Assembly (NCBI GenBank): GCA_017514235.1
Contig: JAFWKK010000026.1
Coordinates: forward strand, 114-64,113
DNA length: 64,000 nucleotides
DNA from: Kiritimatiellia bacterium
GTDB taxonomy: Bacteria; Verrucomicrobiota; Kiritimatiellia; RFP12; UBA1067
Reading direction: 5' to 3'
Shown here: piece after piece, positions 34,064-44,171 of the stretch
Layout of the letters: every line of letters starts with the position of its first letter
Position numbering within the stretch: position 1 is the first letter of the stretch
Notes under the pieces: generated by a model
Seen by the model: only the letters and a program-made list of their open reading frames with translations
Told to the model about the DNA's origin: nothing
Databases searched by the model: none
Made by a program: the position numbers and the translations under genes

Positions 34064-36343
34064 ATGAGCAGAATCAAGACCTTGTCAGCCTGCGCCGCTG
34101 CCGCGCTGATTTTTGTTTCTTCCACGTTCGGGGAAGATGGCTATATCGAATCGGACGGGACATGTTTCGTAAACACTGGATATTTCATCGGACCTAACAC
34201 ACAGATCGAATTAGACTTCCAGTTGACGGAGATCGTCAGCCAATGTCGCCTTATTGGAATTAAGAGTCCAGCTACCAATGTGACCGATCCCGACAATCCT
34301 CGCTGCGAAGTGTACATTGGTTATGATGGCAATGGGGTGGCGAGATTTTCGCTCAACGGTTCAAAGGCGGATGGAACCCGCCAGGCGGGCAATTATTATC
34401 GCGCTGGTTTGGAGCGACATCTCATACGCATTGATTACCCGGCAAGTTCCGGTCAGTTCAAGGTCTATACGAATGGAAACCTTGTCGATAGCCGGAACTT
34501 ATCGGCATTCCATACCTCCACCGCCAAATACCCGTTGGGACTGTTCGGCGGCAACAATACCGTCTATGGCTCTACGCCGGACTCATACTGGGGCGCGTCA
34601 AAGATGAAGGTGTATCGCCTTAAGATCTACGAATCCGGTAATCTTGTGAGAGATTTTGTGCCTTGCATCAAAGGCGGCGTTCCGGGATTCAAGGTGACCG
34701 GCCCCAGTATGGACACGTTCATCACGGGCGTGGATATAGCCAATGTCAAATATGGTGGCGACATCATGGAAGAGATGGACGATCCTTACATCGCCACTCC
34801 GAACAACGACGTGGTCGCAGGCGCCGAGGCAGGAAAGAGCATCAGCCTGGATACTGGATACTATGTGCAGCCGTATTCTCGCATTGAGCTGGATTTTGCC
34901 CCGCTTACGCCGCGCTGGTCCAAAGATGATCTTTATCCAAACTGCAACTTCATGTGCGCCGAAGGCGGCGGTCATCTTTTGTACCTTCTTGGACGTGCCA
35001 ATCTAACAGAAACCGGCTGCTTCTACTACAAGATTGGAACGCATGAGACGAACATCAAGCGTATCAGTCTTGCCAATGCCTACAACATCCGCCGCATGGT
35101 CGCGTTTGACAGCAACACCGTGTACGTGACCACTGCCGGGTTCACGAACCTCATGGAACATGCCGCTGCCGGGAAGGAGATTGTCAATCCGATGAACTCC
35201 TACACGCTCCATCTCGCCAGTCACGCACGAGCAACGAGTGGTTTCGCGCCTATGAAGATCTACGGACTCAAAATCTACGAACATAATGTGTTGGTAAAGG
35301 ACTACAGGCCAATCGTCACCAACGGTGTGCCGGGGCTTATAGACCAGCTCCATCCAACAGACGTTCGCTTTTCATCCACTTACCTCGGTGGCACTAGGAC
35401 GAATGTAGTGTTTGAGGCGGGAGGGAATTTCACCTGCACGGATGGTTCGAATGAAGCCTATCTTGAATTCGATGGTGTGAGCGGTCATTTGATCAATACG
35501 GGTTATGTCATTACACCGAATTCCTGCATTGAGGCAGACTTTTCTGTTTATAACACGGTATACAATGGCCAGCAGGAATTCTTCAAGCAGGAGTTGTCCA
35601 ACTCAAATCCCAATATCCTTGCGCGTCTCTACATCAACAGTGCCTATACGCTCTCCTATCAGTTTGATGACTATAGTACCTACCAGACCGGCGTCGGCAT
35701 AAATACCCAAATTAGCGCCGCAGATAACAGGCGCAGGCAGTTCAAGCTGGACGGCTACAACAGCCAGGTGACGATCAAGTGTGGTAACGAGACCCTTTTT
35801 GATCAGCCTATGGCACGTGACCACAATAACACCGGGCGCCAACAGGTGTTGAAGATCGGAACGAACCGCGCCCATATGAGGCTGTATAGCTTCAAGATTT
35901 CGGAATCCGGCACGGAGACTCGCAACTTCGTGCCGTGCTTGACGAACGGTGTGGCGGGGCTGTACGAACAGTACACCAAGGTGTTCTACCCGCTGGCGGG
36001 CGGCAAGGTTCGCGGCCTGGGGACGAAGGGCTCAGGTGCGTTCGTCACCGAACCGCAACCCGCAACGCTGACGAGCTCAGGGGTGGCGAACACCACGACG
36101 CTTACCTGTTTCGCGCCCAGCGCGCAGAGCTACGAGTGGTACGAGGACGGTGTTCTCATGCCGGGCGAAACTTCGGATTCGCTGACACTGACGTGGGAAA
36201 AGGCAAAAGCGAAGACGGGCAATCACAGCCATACCTATTCCGTCAAGCCTGTCTACACTGTCTTCAACGAGAAGGTCAAGGGCGATCCAGTGGCCGCGAC
36301 AGTCGAATACACGCCATTCGGCATGGCTGTGAGAATCCGGTAG
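34064..36343 (+). CDS. Secreted surface protein: three LamG-like modules plus a C-terminal Ig-like domain
   Basis: Signal peptide; YIESDG..NTGY / LVRDFVPC..GGVPG repeats; SYEWYEDG Ig-like segment; ends FGMAVRIR. Confidence 0.7.
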   Translation: MSRIKTLSACAAAALIFVSSTFGEDGYIESDGTCFVNTGYFIGPNTQIELDFQLTEIVSQCRLIGIKSPATNVTDPDNPRCEVYIGYDGNGVARFSLNGSKADGTRQAGNYYRAGLERHLIRIDYPASSGQFKVYTNGNLVDSRNLSAFHTSTAKYPLGLFGGNNTVYGSTPDSYWGASKMKVYRLKIYESGNLVRDFVPCIKGGVPGFKVTGPSMDTFITGVDIANVKYGGDIMEEMDDPYIATPNNDVVAGAEAGKSISLDTGYYVQPYSRIELDFAPLTPRWSKDDLYPNCNFMCAEGGGHLLYLLGRANLTETGCFYYKIGTHETNIKRISLANAYNIRRMVAFDSNTVYVTTAGFTNLMEHAAAGKEIVNPMNSYTLHLASHARATSGFAPMKIYGLKIYEHNVLVKDYRPIVTNGVPGLIDQLHPTDVRFSSTYLGGTRTNVVFEAGGNFTCTDGSNEAYLEFDGVSGHLINTGYVITPNSCIEADFSVYNTVYNGQQEFFKQELSNSNPNILARLYINSAYTLSYQFDDYSTYQTGVGINTQISAADNRRRQFKLDGYNSQVTIKCGNETLFDQPMARDHNNTGRQQVLKIGTNRAHMRLYSFKISESGTETRNFVPCLTNGVAGLYEQYTKVFYPLAGGKVRGLGTKGSGAFVTEPQPATLTSSGVANTTTLTCFAPSAQSYEWYEDGVLMPGETSDSLTLTWEKAKAKTGNHSHTYSVKPVYTVFNEKVKGDPVAATVEYTPFGMAVRIR

Positions 36344-36352
36344 CGTGATGCC

Positions 36353-38335
36353 ATGACGGGCGTGATGACGATTGCAGCCGTTTGTGCGGCGGTAGTTTCA
36401 ACGGCAGCCGCGGCGACATTCCTGGACGAACTGATGCCGGTGCCGAAGGCTGTCGTTGCAGGCGAAGGCCGGATTGCGGCGGAGCGCCTGCGGAACGTCA
36501 CGGTCGTGCGCGGCGCGGTGCCGGAGGCGCCGTCCGCGACGGCTGACGAGGCGTATGTGCTGGAGATCGGCGGGAACGGCGTGAAGATCACCGCGCCCGG
36601 CCCGTTCGGCGAAATGTGGGCTCGCGTAACGCTCGACCAGCTCGTGCGGCTCTCCGGCGGCGGCGACGTGCCGTGCTGCCGCATCACGGACTGGCCGCGC
36701 CTAAAGTGGCGCGGATTCATGCTTGACTCGTCGCGCAACTACCTGCCGCCGCGAGGCGTGAAGGACGTGATCGACGTGATGTCGCGCTACAAGCTCAACC
36801 TCTTCCACTGGCACCTGACCGAGAACTACGCCTGGCGGCTCGAATCGAAGCGCTTCCCTCAGCTTCAGTCGGATCGGGCGTTCCTTCACCGGCACAAGGG
36901 CATGTTCTACACTCAGGAGGAGTTCAGGGACATCGTCGATTATGCGTATTCGCGCGGCGTTCGCGTGATGCCCGAGTTCGACTTCCCGGGCCATGCGTTC
37001 GCCTTTCGCCGCGCGTTCGGGTTCAAGACGATGTCCGATCCGGGCGTGGCCGAGACCGCTGCCTCTCTCTTCGAGGAGCTTTGCTCGCTTGCGCCGAAGG
37101 AGAAGATGCCGTTCATACACATGGGCACGGACGAAGTGTACGATCGCGAACTCGAAGGCGCACCCAAGGAGACGCTGGAGCTGATGGCGAAGGCGATCGC
37201 CGACGGCGGACGCACGACGGTGAGCTGGGTGCCTGGCGAGAGCTACGGCAGCGATGGCCCGCGAATCAACATGCTGTGGACGGACAAGGTTTCGCCGGCC
37301 GGCAACCCAGGCGCGTATTTCGACGCCATCGGCATGTACATCGAAGACTTCGACCCGTTCGAGCTGCTTTCCGTGGCCGTCTATCACAAGGCTGCGCGGT
37401 GGCATGATGCCGGCGATCTCAATCGGGGCGCCATATTCTGCGCCTGGCATGACGGGGCCGTCGGCCTGCCTTACGAGAACCTTCTGCGCAACCAGCCGGT
37501 GTTCCCGTCGTGCGTCCTGTTCGGAAACGCCTATTGGAACGGGCGCGGCACCGATCTCCCGCAGTTCCGCAAGTGCCTGCCGCAAGGCGGCGATCCGCTG
37601 CTCGCGGAGGCGGCGGAAGTGGAGCGGCGCGTCGTGGCGCAGCGCGACCGGGCGCTGCGCGACCTGAAGCATCCGTTCCATTTCCTGCGGCAGACGGACA
37701 TGCGCTGGCGGCTGACGCAGTCCGACGGCACGTTGATTGCGAAGGACATCGCGCAGGCGACGATCAGTCCCGGCCGGCTCTGCGGCGCAGGCGGGAAGCC
37801 GCTCCTCCTTTCGCCGACCAACGGAACCGTCGTGGCCGAGACGTGGATCAGGTCGCCGAAGGATCAGAGGGTCGGCGCGTGGATCGGATTTACGAACATC
37901 TCCCGCGACCATGGCATGGTGTACACCGCTCCGCTGCCGAACGTCGGCGAATGGAACCGGTTCGGCGCGTCGGTCGAGCTGAACGGAGAGAGAATCGCGC
38001 CGCCGAGGTGGAAGCGTCCGGGGCTTAAGAAGGGCAATCCCATTTCAGACTGGACGCCGGTCTGGACGCTGTACGAGGCGGACGAGGAGCCGTTCACGGA
38101 TCAGGAGTACTGCATGCGCGAGCCCACGTCTGTCATGCTTCGCAAGGGGTGGAACCATGTGAAGCTGACGATGCCGAATCCGGCCGTAGAAGGGCCGAGA
38201 CGGCAGGAGCAGGGGAGGATACGCCATCGCTGGGTCGGGACTTTCATTCCGGTGGCCGGCACGACAGACCATCCGCAGGAAGTGCCGGGGCTCGAATACG
38301 CCAGCTGTCCGCCGTCCGCGGCGAATTGCAATTAA
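36353..38335 (+). CDS. GH20 beta-N-acetylhexosaminidase
   Basis: ITDWPRLKWRGFMLDSSRNY, FHWHLT, YTQEE, PEFDFPGH, HMGTDE. Confidence 0.92.
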   Translation: MTGVMTIAAVCAAVVSTAAAATFLDELMPVPKAVVAGEGRIAAERLRNVTVVRGAVPEAPSATADEAYVLEIGGNGVKITAPGPFGEMWARVTLDQLVRLSGGGDVPCCRITDWPRLKWRGFMLDSSRNYLPPRGVKDVIDVMSRYKLNLFHWHLTENYAWRLESKRFPQLQSDRAFLHRHKGMFYTQEEFRDIVDYAYSRGVRVMPEFDFPGHAFAFRRAFGFKTMSDPGVAETAASLFEELCSLAPKEKMPFIHMGTDEVYDRELEGAPKETLELMAKAIADGGRTTVSWVPGESYGSDGPRINMLWTDKVSPAGNPGAYFDAIGMYIEDFDPFELLSVAVYHKAARWHDAGDLNRGAIFCAWHDGAVGLPYENLLRNQPVFPSCVLFGNAYWNGRGTDLPQFRKCLPQGGDPLLAEAAEVERRVVAQRDRALRDLKHPFHFLRQTDMRWRLTQSDGTLIAKDIAQATISPGRLCGAGGKPLLLSPTNGTVVAETWIRSPKDQRVGAWIGFTNISRDHGMVYTAPLPNVGEWNRFGASVELNGERIAPPRWKRPGLKKGNPISDWTPVWTLYEADEEPFTDQEYCMREPTSVMLRKGWNHVKLTMPNPAVEGPRRQEQGRIRHRWVGTFIPVAGTTDHPQEVPGLEYASCPPSAANCN

Positions 38336-38369
38336 CATCTTGCTAACAGGAGAACTAGGGAGACAAGAC

Positions 38370-39806
38370 ATGGGAAATACGATAAGAAAGGCCGTGCTCA
38401 CGGGTGCGGCGGTCTTCATGGCCGCCGCCTTGCAGGCCGAGTTCAAGGCCGGGTTCGCCCGGGCTGACGTTACGCCGCCGCTAGGCATTCCGCTCGTCGG
38501 CTACTTCCGAACCCGTCCGGCAGACGGGGTGTTCGACCCGCTCTGCGCCGAATGCGTGGCGGTGTCTGACGGCGAAAGCACGGCGCTCATCTACTCCGTT
38601 GACAACCTCCAGCTGCGCAACGAGTTCTTCGCGGAGGCGTTCCCGGCGATCACAGCCGCGACAGGCGTTCCGCGCGACCGCATCTACGTCCATTCCACGC
38701 ATACGCATACGGGTCCTGCCGTCATCAAGTTCGAAGAATACTCCGATGAGCAGGTCCGGCTGACGGAGATGTACGCCAAGATGCTTGTCACGCGGCTTGC
38801 CGATGTGGGCCGCCAGGCCATGGCCGACCTTGCGCCGTCGAGGATCGCGGTGGCGAAGACCACGTGTCCGGGCATCTCGTTCATACGCCGCTACCGCATG
38901 AAGGACGGCACGGTGCGGACCAATCCCGGCGTCAACAATCCCAATATCGACTGCCCGCTCGGAACGCCCGATGACACGCTTCAGGTCGTCCGTTTCATGC
39001 GCACCGGCGCGCCGGACATCGCCATCGTCAACTTCGGCACGCATCCTGACACGGTCGGCGGCACGAGGATCAGCGCCGACTGGCCGGGAGTTGTGCGCAG
39101 GACGTTTGAGAATGGCATCGGCGGCGGCGTGAAGTGTCTCTTCCTCAATGCAGCGCAGGGTGACGTGAACCACATCGACACGCACCGCTCTCCGAAGCGC
39201 GCGGCAATTGACTCCTTCAAGAACAAGAATACGGTCAAAGCACTCGGCACCGCCATGCACATGGGGCGCAAGGTCGCCGGTGTCGCGATGGGTGTGTGGG
39301 ACGAGTGCGAGGAGATTCCGACCGGCGCTGTGCGTGGTGCCGTCACCCCTGTCGCCATGAAGACGAACATGCCAACCGCCGATGAGATCAAATGGGTGGA
39401 CCTCTTCGATGCCGGGCGCAAGGACGAAATCCCGCTCAAGGGCATGGAGTTGACCACCCTGACCAGCAGACGGTCGCGCGTGCGGATGTTCCGGAACGGG
39501 CCTGACCATCTTGACATTCTCATTTCGTCCGTAGCCATCGGCGATTCGCTCGCGTTCGCGGGCGTACCGTGCGAGCCGTTCGTCGATATCGGCCGCGACA
39601 TCAAGGCGGGTTCGCCGTTCCGAGCCACGCTGGTGAGCTGCCTCGTGAACGGGAGCGAAGGCTATATCCCCTCGACCAAGGCCCACCATGAAGGCGGCTA
39701 CGAAGGCCTTTCCTCGCGCTTCAAGGCCGAGACCGGCGACCGCATGGCGGCGGCGCAGGTGGAGCAGCTCAAGCGGTTGGCGGGCAAGGACGAGGCAACG
39801 AAGTGA
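38370..39806 (+). CDS. Secreted neutral/alkaline ceramidase-like amidohydrolase
   Basis: AGFARADVTPP, STHTHTGP, NFGTHPD, GDVN, PCEPF. Confidence 0.8.
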   Translation: MGNTIRKAVLTGAAVFMAAALQAEFKAGFARADVTPPLGIPLVGYFRTRPADGVFDPLCAECVAVSDGESTALIYSVDNLQLRNEFFAEAFPAITAATGVPRDRIYVHSTHTHTGPAVIKFEEYSDEQVRLTEMYAKMLVTRLADVGRQAMADLAPSRIAVAKTTCPGISFIRRYRMKDGTVRTNPGVNNPNIDCPLGTPDDTLQVVRFMRTGAPDIAIVNFGTHPDTVGGTRISADWPGVVRRTFENGIGGGVKCLFLNAAQGDVNHIDTHRSPKRAAIDSFKNKNTVKALGTAMHMGRKVAGVAMGVWDECEEIPTGAVRGAVTPVAMKTNMPTADEIKWVDLFDAGRKDEIPLKGMELTTLTSRRSRVRMFRNGPDHLDILISSVAIGDSLAFAGVPCEPFVDIGRDIKAGSPFRATLVSCLVNGSEGYIPSTKAHHEGGYEGLSSRFKAETGDRMAAAQVEQLKRLAGKDEATK

Positions 39807-40888
39807 ATCTGAGATTTCTCGTTGTTGCGGCGGCATTTCTTGCCGTTCCGCTGATGGCGGCCGACGAATCGCATCCGCGGGCCGCCTGCGACGCCGTTGC
39901 CCTGAAGCCCGGCGCCTGGGAGCCTTCCGTTCGCGAACGCCTGAACGCGCTGATCGAGCGCAACCGCGGCAATCCCGACGCCTACGCAGTGTTCGACTTC
40001 GACTACACGACGGCGATAGGCGACCTCTCCTACGCATGCATGTGGCGGCTGCTGGAGACGTTTGCCGTGAAGACGAACGACGTGCGCACACTGTTCGCGG
40101 AGGGAGCACCTCCGAAGTACGCCGAAGAGATCGATGAGATCTGCGGCCTCGCCGCGAAACTGGTGCCTCTTGCCGGACGTGACCTTACGGGCCTTCCCGA
40201 ATGGCGAGAGTTCGTCGGGCGCTACTGGAAGTTCTACCGGCGGTTCCACAAGGAGGCAGGCGACTATCGCGCTTTCCTGTGGCGGTCGCGCATGTTCGCG
40301 GGCTACACGCCCGAGGAGCTGCGGACGCTCGCAAAGGCGGCCATAGAACAGACCCTTGCGATGGGGGGTCTGCACCGTACCGACTTCGCGCCGACCGAGA
40401 AAAGGGGGCTCGCGTTCCCGCAGGAGATGAAGGACCTGTTCCATGCGCTGAAACGGGCGGGCATCGCCGTCTATGTCGTAAGCGGATCGTTTCAGGAGAC
40501 TCTGCTTGAGGCGACGGGGCCGGACTTCGGCTTCGACCTCGATCCGACCTGCGTGTTCGGCTCGGACTTCAAGACGGACGCCGCCGGGCGGTATCTGCCG
40601 GAGATGAAGGAAGGGTGCGTGAAGACCGGCGAGAAGCCGGAGTTCATCCGCGCGCACATCGCGCCGCGCCACCACGGCGCGGACCCGGTGCTGGCGGCCG
40701 GCGACTCGCCGGGCGACTACACGATGCTCACGGAGTTCAAGGACCTTCAGCTCGCGCTGATCTTCCACCGCAACTGGCCGCAGCAGATGATGCACGACCT
40801 GGCTGCCTCTGGCGGCAGGGTGATCGTGCAGGGGCGCGACGAGACGCGCGGCTGCTTCATACCGTCGCACGAGTGCATCTGCCCGTGA
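39803..40888 (+). CDS. Secreted HAD-superfamily phosphatase
   Basis: GTG start overlapping the upstream stop; FDFDYT, VVSGS, GDSPGD. Confidence 0.82.
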   Translation: MNLRFLVVAAAFLAVPLMAADESHPRAACDAVALKPGAWEPSVRERLNALIERNRGNPDAYAVFDFDYTTAIGDLSYACMWRLLETFAVKTNDVRTLFAEGAPPKYAEEIDEICGLAAKLVPLAGRDLTGLPEWREFVGRYWKFYRRFHKEAGDYRAFLWRSRMFAGYTPEELRTLAKAAIEQTLAMGGLHRTDFAPTEKRGLAFPQEMKDLFHALKRAGIAVYVVSGSFQETLLEATGPDFGFDLDPTCVFGSDFKTDAAGRYLPEMKEGCVKTGEKPEFIRAHIAPRHHGADPVLAAGDSPGDYTMLTEFKDLQLALIFHRNWPQQMMHDLAASGGRVIVQGRDETRGCFIPSHECICP

Positions 40889-40922
40889 CCGAGGGAAGCT
40901 AACCGTAAAAACCGCTGCCGAA

Positions 40923-41819
40923 ATGAAATACTTCTGCTTGTGCATGAGCCCAGCGATTGACGCCACGGTGACGCTGCCGTGTGCGCCCAAGGGGGAAGGC
41001 GAGATATTCAAGGACGTCGCCGAGGAAGAGAACGTCGGCGGCAAGGCCGTCAACGTGGCGCGGTGGCTGGCCCTGCGCGGCGCGGAAGTCGCGTGCGGCG
41101 GACTTCTCGGCGAGGACAACGCCCGTCCGTTCGAGAAGGAGCTGTCCAAGTACGGCATGGAGGATCGCTTCGTGCGCGTCGCCGGGGCGACGCGGCGCAA
41201 CGAGATGGTCGTATGGCCGGGCGGCAGCATGAAGCTGAACCGCGCGGCGTTTCCCCTGCTGAAGTCCCTTGGCGGCATTGACTGCCTTGCCGGCGCCGCA
41301 GGCTGCGGAGTTGCGGTGCTTAGCGGATCGCTCCCCAAGTGCTGCGGCAAGGCGTTCTACGCAGATTGCGTCCGCGCACTGAAGGCCAAGGGCGTCACGG
41401 TCGTGCTGGATGCGAGCGGCGAGGCGATGCGCCTTGGCGTGGAGGCGGGTCCGGACCTCATCAAGCCGAACGCCGAGGAGTGCGAGCCGCTTGTCGGATT
41501 CGTGCCGAAGGCGCCCGAAGATTTCAGGAAGGCGACGGCGATGCTGCGGGAGAAGGTCGAGCACGTCATAATCTCGGACGGAGGGGCTGGAGCCTGGTTC
41601 GACGGCGAATTCGCCGCCGCGCCCAGGGTCGATGTCGCCGACACGACTGCAGCCGGCGACACGCTGCTCGCCGAGTTCTGCTGGCGTGCGTTCGGCGAGT
41701 CCGCCGACGCTTCTTCCGCCGCGCGGTGGTCGGTCGCGGCCGGTTCCGCCGCCTGCACCATGCCCGGCGGCGCGCCGCCGTCGGCAGCTTTTGTCGAAAA
41801 ACTCAAAAACGAAAGGTAA
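40923..41819 (+). CDS. PfkB/1-phosphofructokinase-family carbohydrate kinase
   Basis: GGKAVNVA, DASG, KPNAEE, DTTAAGD. Confidence 0.88.
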   Translation: MKYFCLCMSPAIDATVTLPCAPKGEGEIFKDVAEEENVGGKAVNVARWLALRGAEVACGGLLGEDNARPFEKELSKYGMEDRFVRVAGATRRNEMVVWPGGSMKLNRAAFPLLKSLGGIDCLAGAAGCGVAVLSGSLPKCCGKAFYADCVRALKAKGVTVVLDASGEAMRLGVEAGPDLIKPNAEECEPLVGFVPKAPEDFRKATAMLREKVEHVIISDGGAGAWFDGEFAAAPRVDVADTTAAGDTLLAEFCWRAFGESADASSAARWSVAAGSAACTMPGGAPPSAAFVEKLKNER

Positions 41820-41825
41820 ATCAGA

Positions 41826-42785
41826 ATGAAGACTGTCGGATGCCTGTCCATTGTTGCGCTGGCCGCCGGATGCACGATGTCGCTCCCTTGCGATCGCACG
41901 GGACTCCTCTACATGTCCCACGTCCATCGCGGAGGCGGGAAGCTGGAGCGCCCTGACAACACGCTCGAGACGTTCAAGTGGTGCTGGGAGAACGGCTCCG
42001 CGCTGGAGTGCGACTGCCGCAAGACGAAGGACGGAGTGGGCATAATGCTCCACGACAGGACCCTGAAGCGCACGGCTCGCGGCATATCGCCGGAACTCGC
42101 GAAGAAGGACGTGTCGAAGGAGGTGACGTGGGCTGAGATCAAGGATGTCGACGTCGGCTCCTACCTGAAGGATCTCAATCCTTCCGCAGCCGACTTCAGC
42201 AATCACCGCATTCCGACGATAGACGAGACGTTCGCCGCGATGAAGGGGCATCCAACGTACCTCTGCTTCGTGGACGAGAAGGGCGCGGGACCGGAGTACA
42301 TCGCAAAGAAGGCGGTCGAGGCCGGCGTGCAGGACCAGGTGTACTACACCGGGCAGGACTACGGGAAGGCCGTCGAATGGACCAAGATACTCCCAGGCGG
42401 CAAGACGCTGCTCTGGATCGGCACGTGGCCCGTGCCGAAGCCCGAGCACAACGCCGCCGACATAGCCAGGTTCGAGGCCCATTTCGAGAAGATCATGGAC
42501 CAGGTGCGCGCCGGCGGCTACAAGGGAGTCTCGGCCGTGTCGCTCCACTCGTACTACAACCCCAAGGCTGCCGAGCCGTTCGTGCCGCGCGCCTCATATC
42601 TCAAGAAGCTCATCGACGAGTTCCACGCCCACGGCATACCCGTTTGCTCAATTCCCTTTGAGGGCGGCGACACCGAGGAGGTCTACTTCAAGCTCTTCGA
42701 CCTCGGCTGCGACGGGTTCTCGACCGACTATCCGAGCGTGATGTTCTCCGTTATCCGCAAGCTCAAGGAGGGCTGCCGGGAATGA
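41826..42785 (+). CDS. Glycerophosphodiester phosphodiesterase-family lipoprotein
   Basis: Lipobox LAAGC; HRGG, LECD, TKDG..MLHD, GFSTDYP. Confidence 0.85.
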   Translation: MKTVGCLSIVALAAGCTMSLPCDRTGLLYMSHVHRGGGKLERPDNTLETFKWCWENGSALECDCRKTKDGVGIMLHDRTLKRTARGISPELAKKDVSKEVTWAEIKDVDVGSYLKDLNPSAADFSNHRIPTIDETFAAMKGHPTYLCFVDEKGAGPEYIAKKAVEAGVQDQVYYTGQDYGKAVEWTKILPGGKTLLWIGTWPVPKPEHNAADIARFEAHFEKIMDQVRAGGYKGVSAVSLHSYYNPKAAEPFVPRASYLKKLIDEFHAHGIPVCSIPFEGGDTEEVYFKLFDLGCDGFSTDYPSVMFSVIRKLKEGCRE

Positions 42786-44149
42786 AGCTCTTTGACGATC
42801 CGGCCACGGACCGGAAGTTCGGCCGCATGCAGTGGCGGATGCTCTTCGCCACGATGATCGGCTACACCATCTTCTACTTCATGCGGAAGAACTTCTCTTT
42901 CGCGATGCCCGGCCTCCAGCAGGACTGCGGCATATCGAAGTCGATGCTAGGCAACTTCCTGTTCTGGGGCGGCATCGTCTACGGGCTCTCGAAGTTCCTT
43001 AACGGAATCATCGGTGACAAGGTGAGCCCAAGGAAGATGTTCTGCCTCGGGCTCCTGGTCTGCACGCTGGTCAACGTCGCGTTCGGCTTCGCGCCGCAGA
43101 TCGCCTCGCTGTTCTCCGGCGAAGCGTCAGGCGGCGCGGCGGCCTCGTCGGCCGTCGCGCTCGCGTGGACGTTCGGGCTTCTCCTTGTCCTTAACCAGTT
43201 TTTCCAGGGAACGGGCTTCCCGCCGTGCGCCAAGCTGATCGCGTTCTGGGTTCCGCCTAAGGAACTCGCCACCAAGATGAGCGTTTGGAACACGTCGCAC
43301 TCCATCGGCGGCGGACTCGTCGCGAAGGTCTGCGGCGTGATCATGGGGCTTGGGGTGATCGGGTCCGCCAACCAGGGCGTCGGCATGTGGCGCTGGTGCT
43401 TCTGGGCGATGGCCATTCTCGGCGCTCTCGGGCTTCTGCTCATGCTCGTGTGGCTGCCTGGGACTCCGAAGGACGAGGGCATGCCGGACTTGCCCGGGAC
43501 CAGGGTCGTCAAGGGCGCCGACGCCGGGGCGGACGATGCGAAGGACCTCTCTGCGATGCGCATGGTCTTCCTCAACCCGGTAATCTGGATGCTGGGATTC
43601 ATCAACGTGACGATAAACGCCGTGCGTGCGCTCGTCGCCGACTGGGGCCCCACGATGCTCCAGGAGGCGAAGGGGTTCACGCCCAGCGAGTCCGGAACCG
43701 TCATCATGCTCTTCGAGTTCGCCGGCATAGCGGGAATGCTGTTCGCCGGCTGGGCTACGGACCGCATCTTCGGCGGCCGCGCCCCCCGCCTTTGCGTGTT
43801 CCTCATGCTGCTCACGGCGGCGCTTTTCGCGGCGTTCTGGTTCCTCCCCCCGGGGATTGCCGGCGCGGCCGCGCTCTGTCTCGGCGGGTTCTGCGTCTAC
43901 GGTCCGCAGGCGCTCACCGGCGTAACGGCAACCAACCTCTCCACGAACCGCTTTGCCGGAACGTCCATAGGCTTCGTTTCGCTCTTCTCGTATGTGGGCG
44001 TGTCCGTGGCCGGAAAGGTTTTCGGCAACCTCGCTCAGTCTTCTGGCGGCTGGCACTTGCCTCTCATGGTCGCGGCCGCCACGGCGGCGACCGGAGCCGT
44101 CCTCTTCGCCGTCCTCTGGCGCACTCGCGCCAACGCCTACGCGCAGTAA
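42782..44149 (+). CDS. GlpT/UhpT (organophosphate:Pi antiporter) family MFS transporter
   Basis: FYFMRKNFS, FQGTGFPPC, WNTSHSIGG, YGPQAL, GFVSLFSYVG. Confidence 0.9.
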   Translation: MKLFDDPATDRKFGRMQWRMLFATMIGYTIFYFMRKNFSFAMPGLQQDCGISKSMLGNFLFWGGIVYGLSKFLNGIIGDKVSPRKMFCLGLLVCTLVNVAFGFAPQIASLFSGEASGGAAASSAVALAWTFGLLLVLNQFFQGTGFPPCAKLIAFWVPPKELATKMSVWNTSHSIGGGLVAKVCGVIMGLGVIGSANQGVGMWRWCFWAMAILGALGLLLMLVWLPGTPKDEGMPDLPGTRVVKGADAGADDAKDLSAMRMVFLNPVIWMLGFINVTINAVRALVADWGPTMLQEAKGFTPSESGTVIMLFEFAGIAGMLFAGWATDRIFGGRAPRLCVFLMLLTAALFAAFWFLPPGIAGAAALCLGGFCVYGPQALTGVTATNLSTNRFAGTSIGFVSLFSYVGVSVAGKVFGNLAQSSGGWHLPLMVAAATAATGAVLFAVLWRTRANAYAQ

Positions 44150-44155
44150 GGTTTA

Positions 44156-44164
44156 TGGTATAAT
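44156..44164 (+). promoter_or_regulatory. Extended -10 promoter 7 nt before the queF ATG (leaderless-type)
   Basis: TGGTATAAT-CCGCTCC-ATG. Confidence 0.7.
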
Positions 44165-44171
44165 CCGCTCC

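Noticed and set aside
44150-44171. preQ1 riboswitch upstream of queF
   Set aside because: Only 22 nt separate the genes and they are occupied by the promoter; no riboswitch motif is present.
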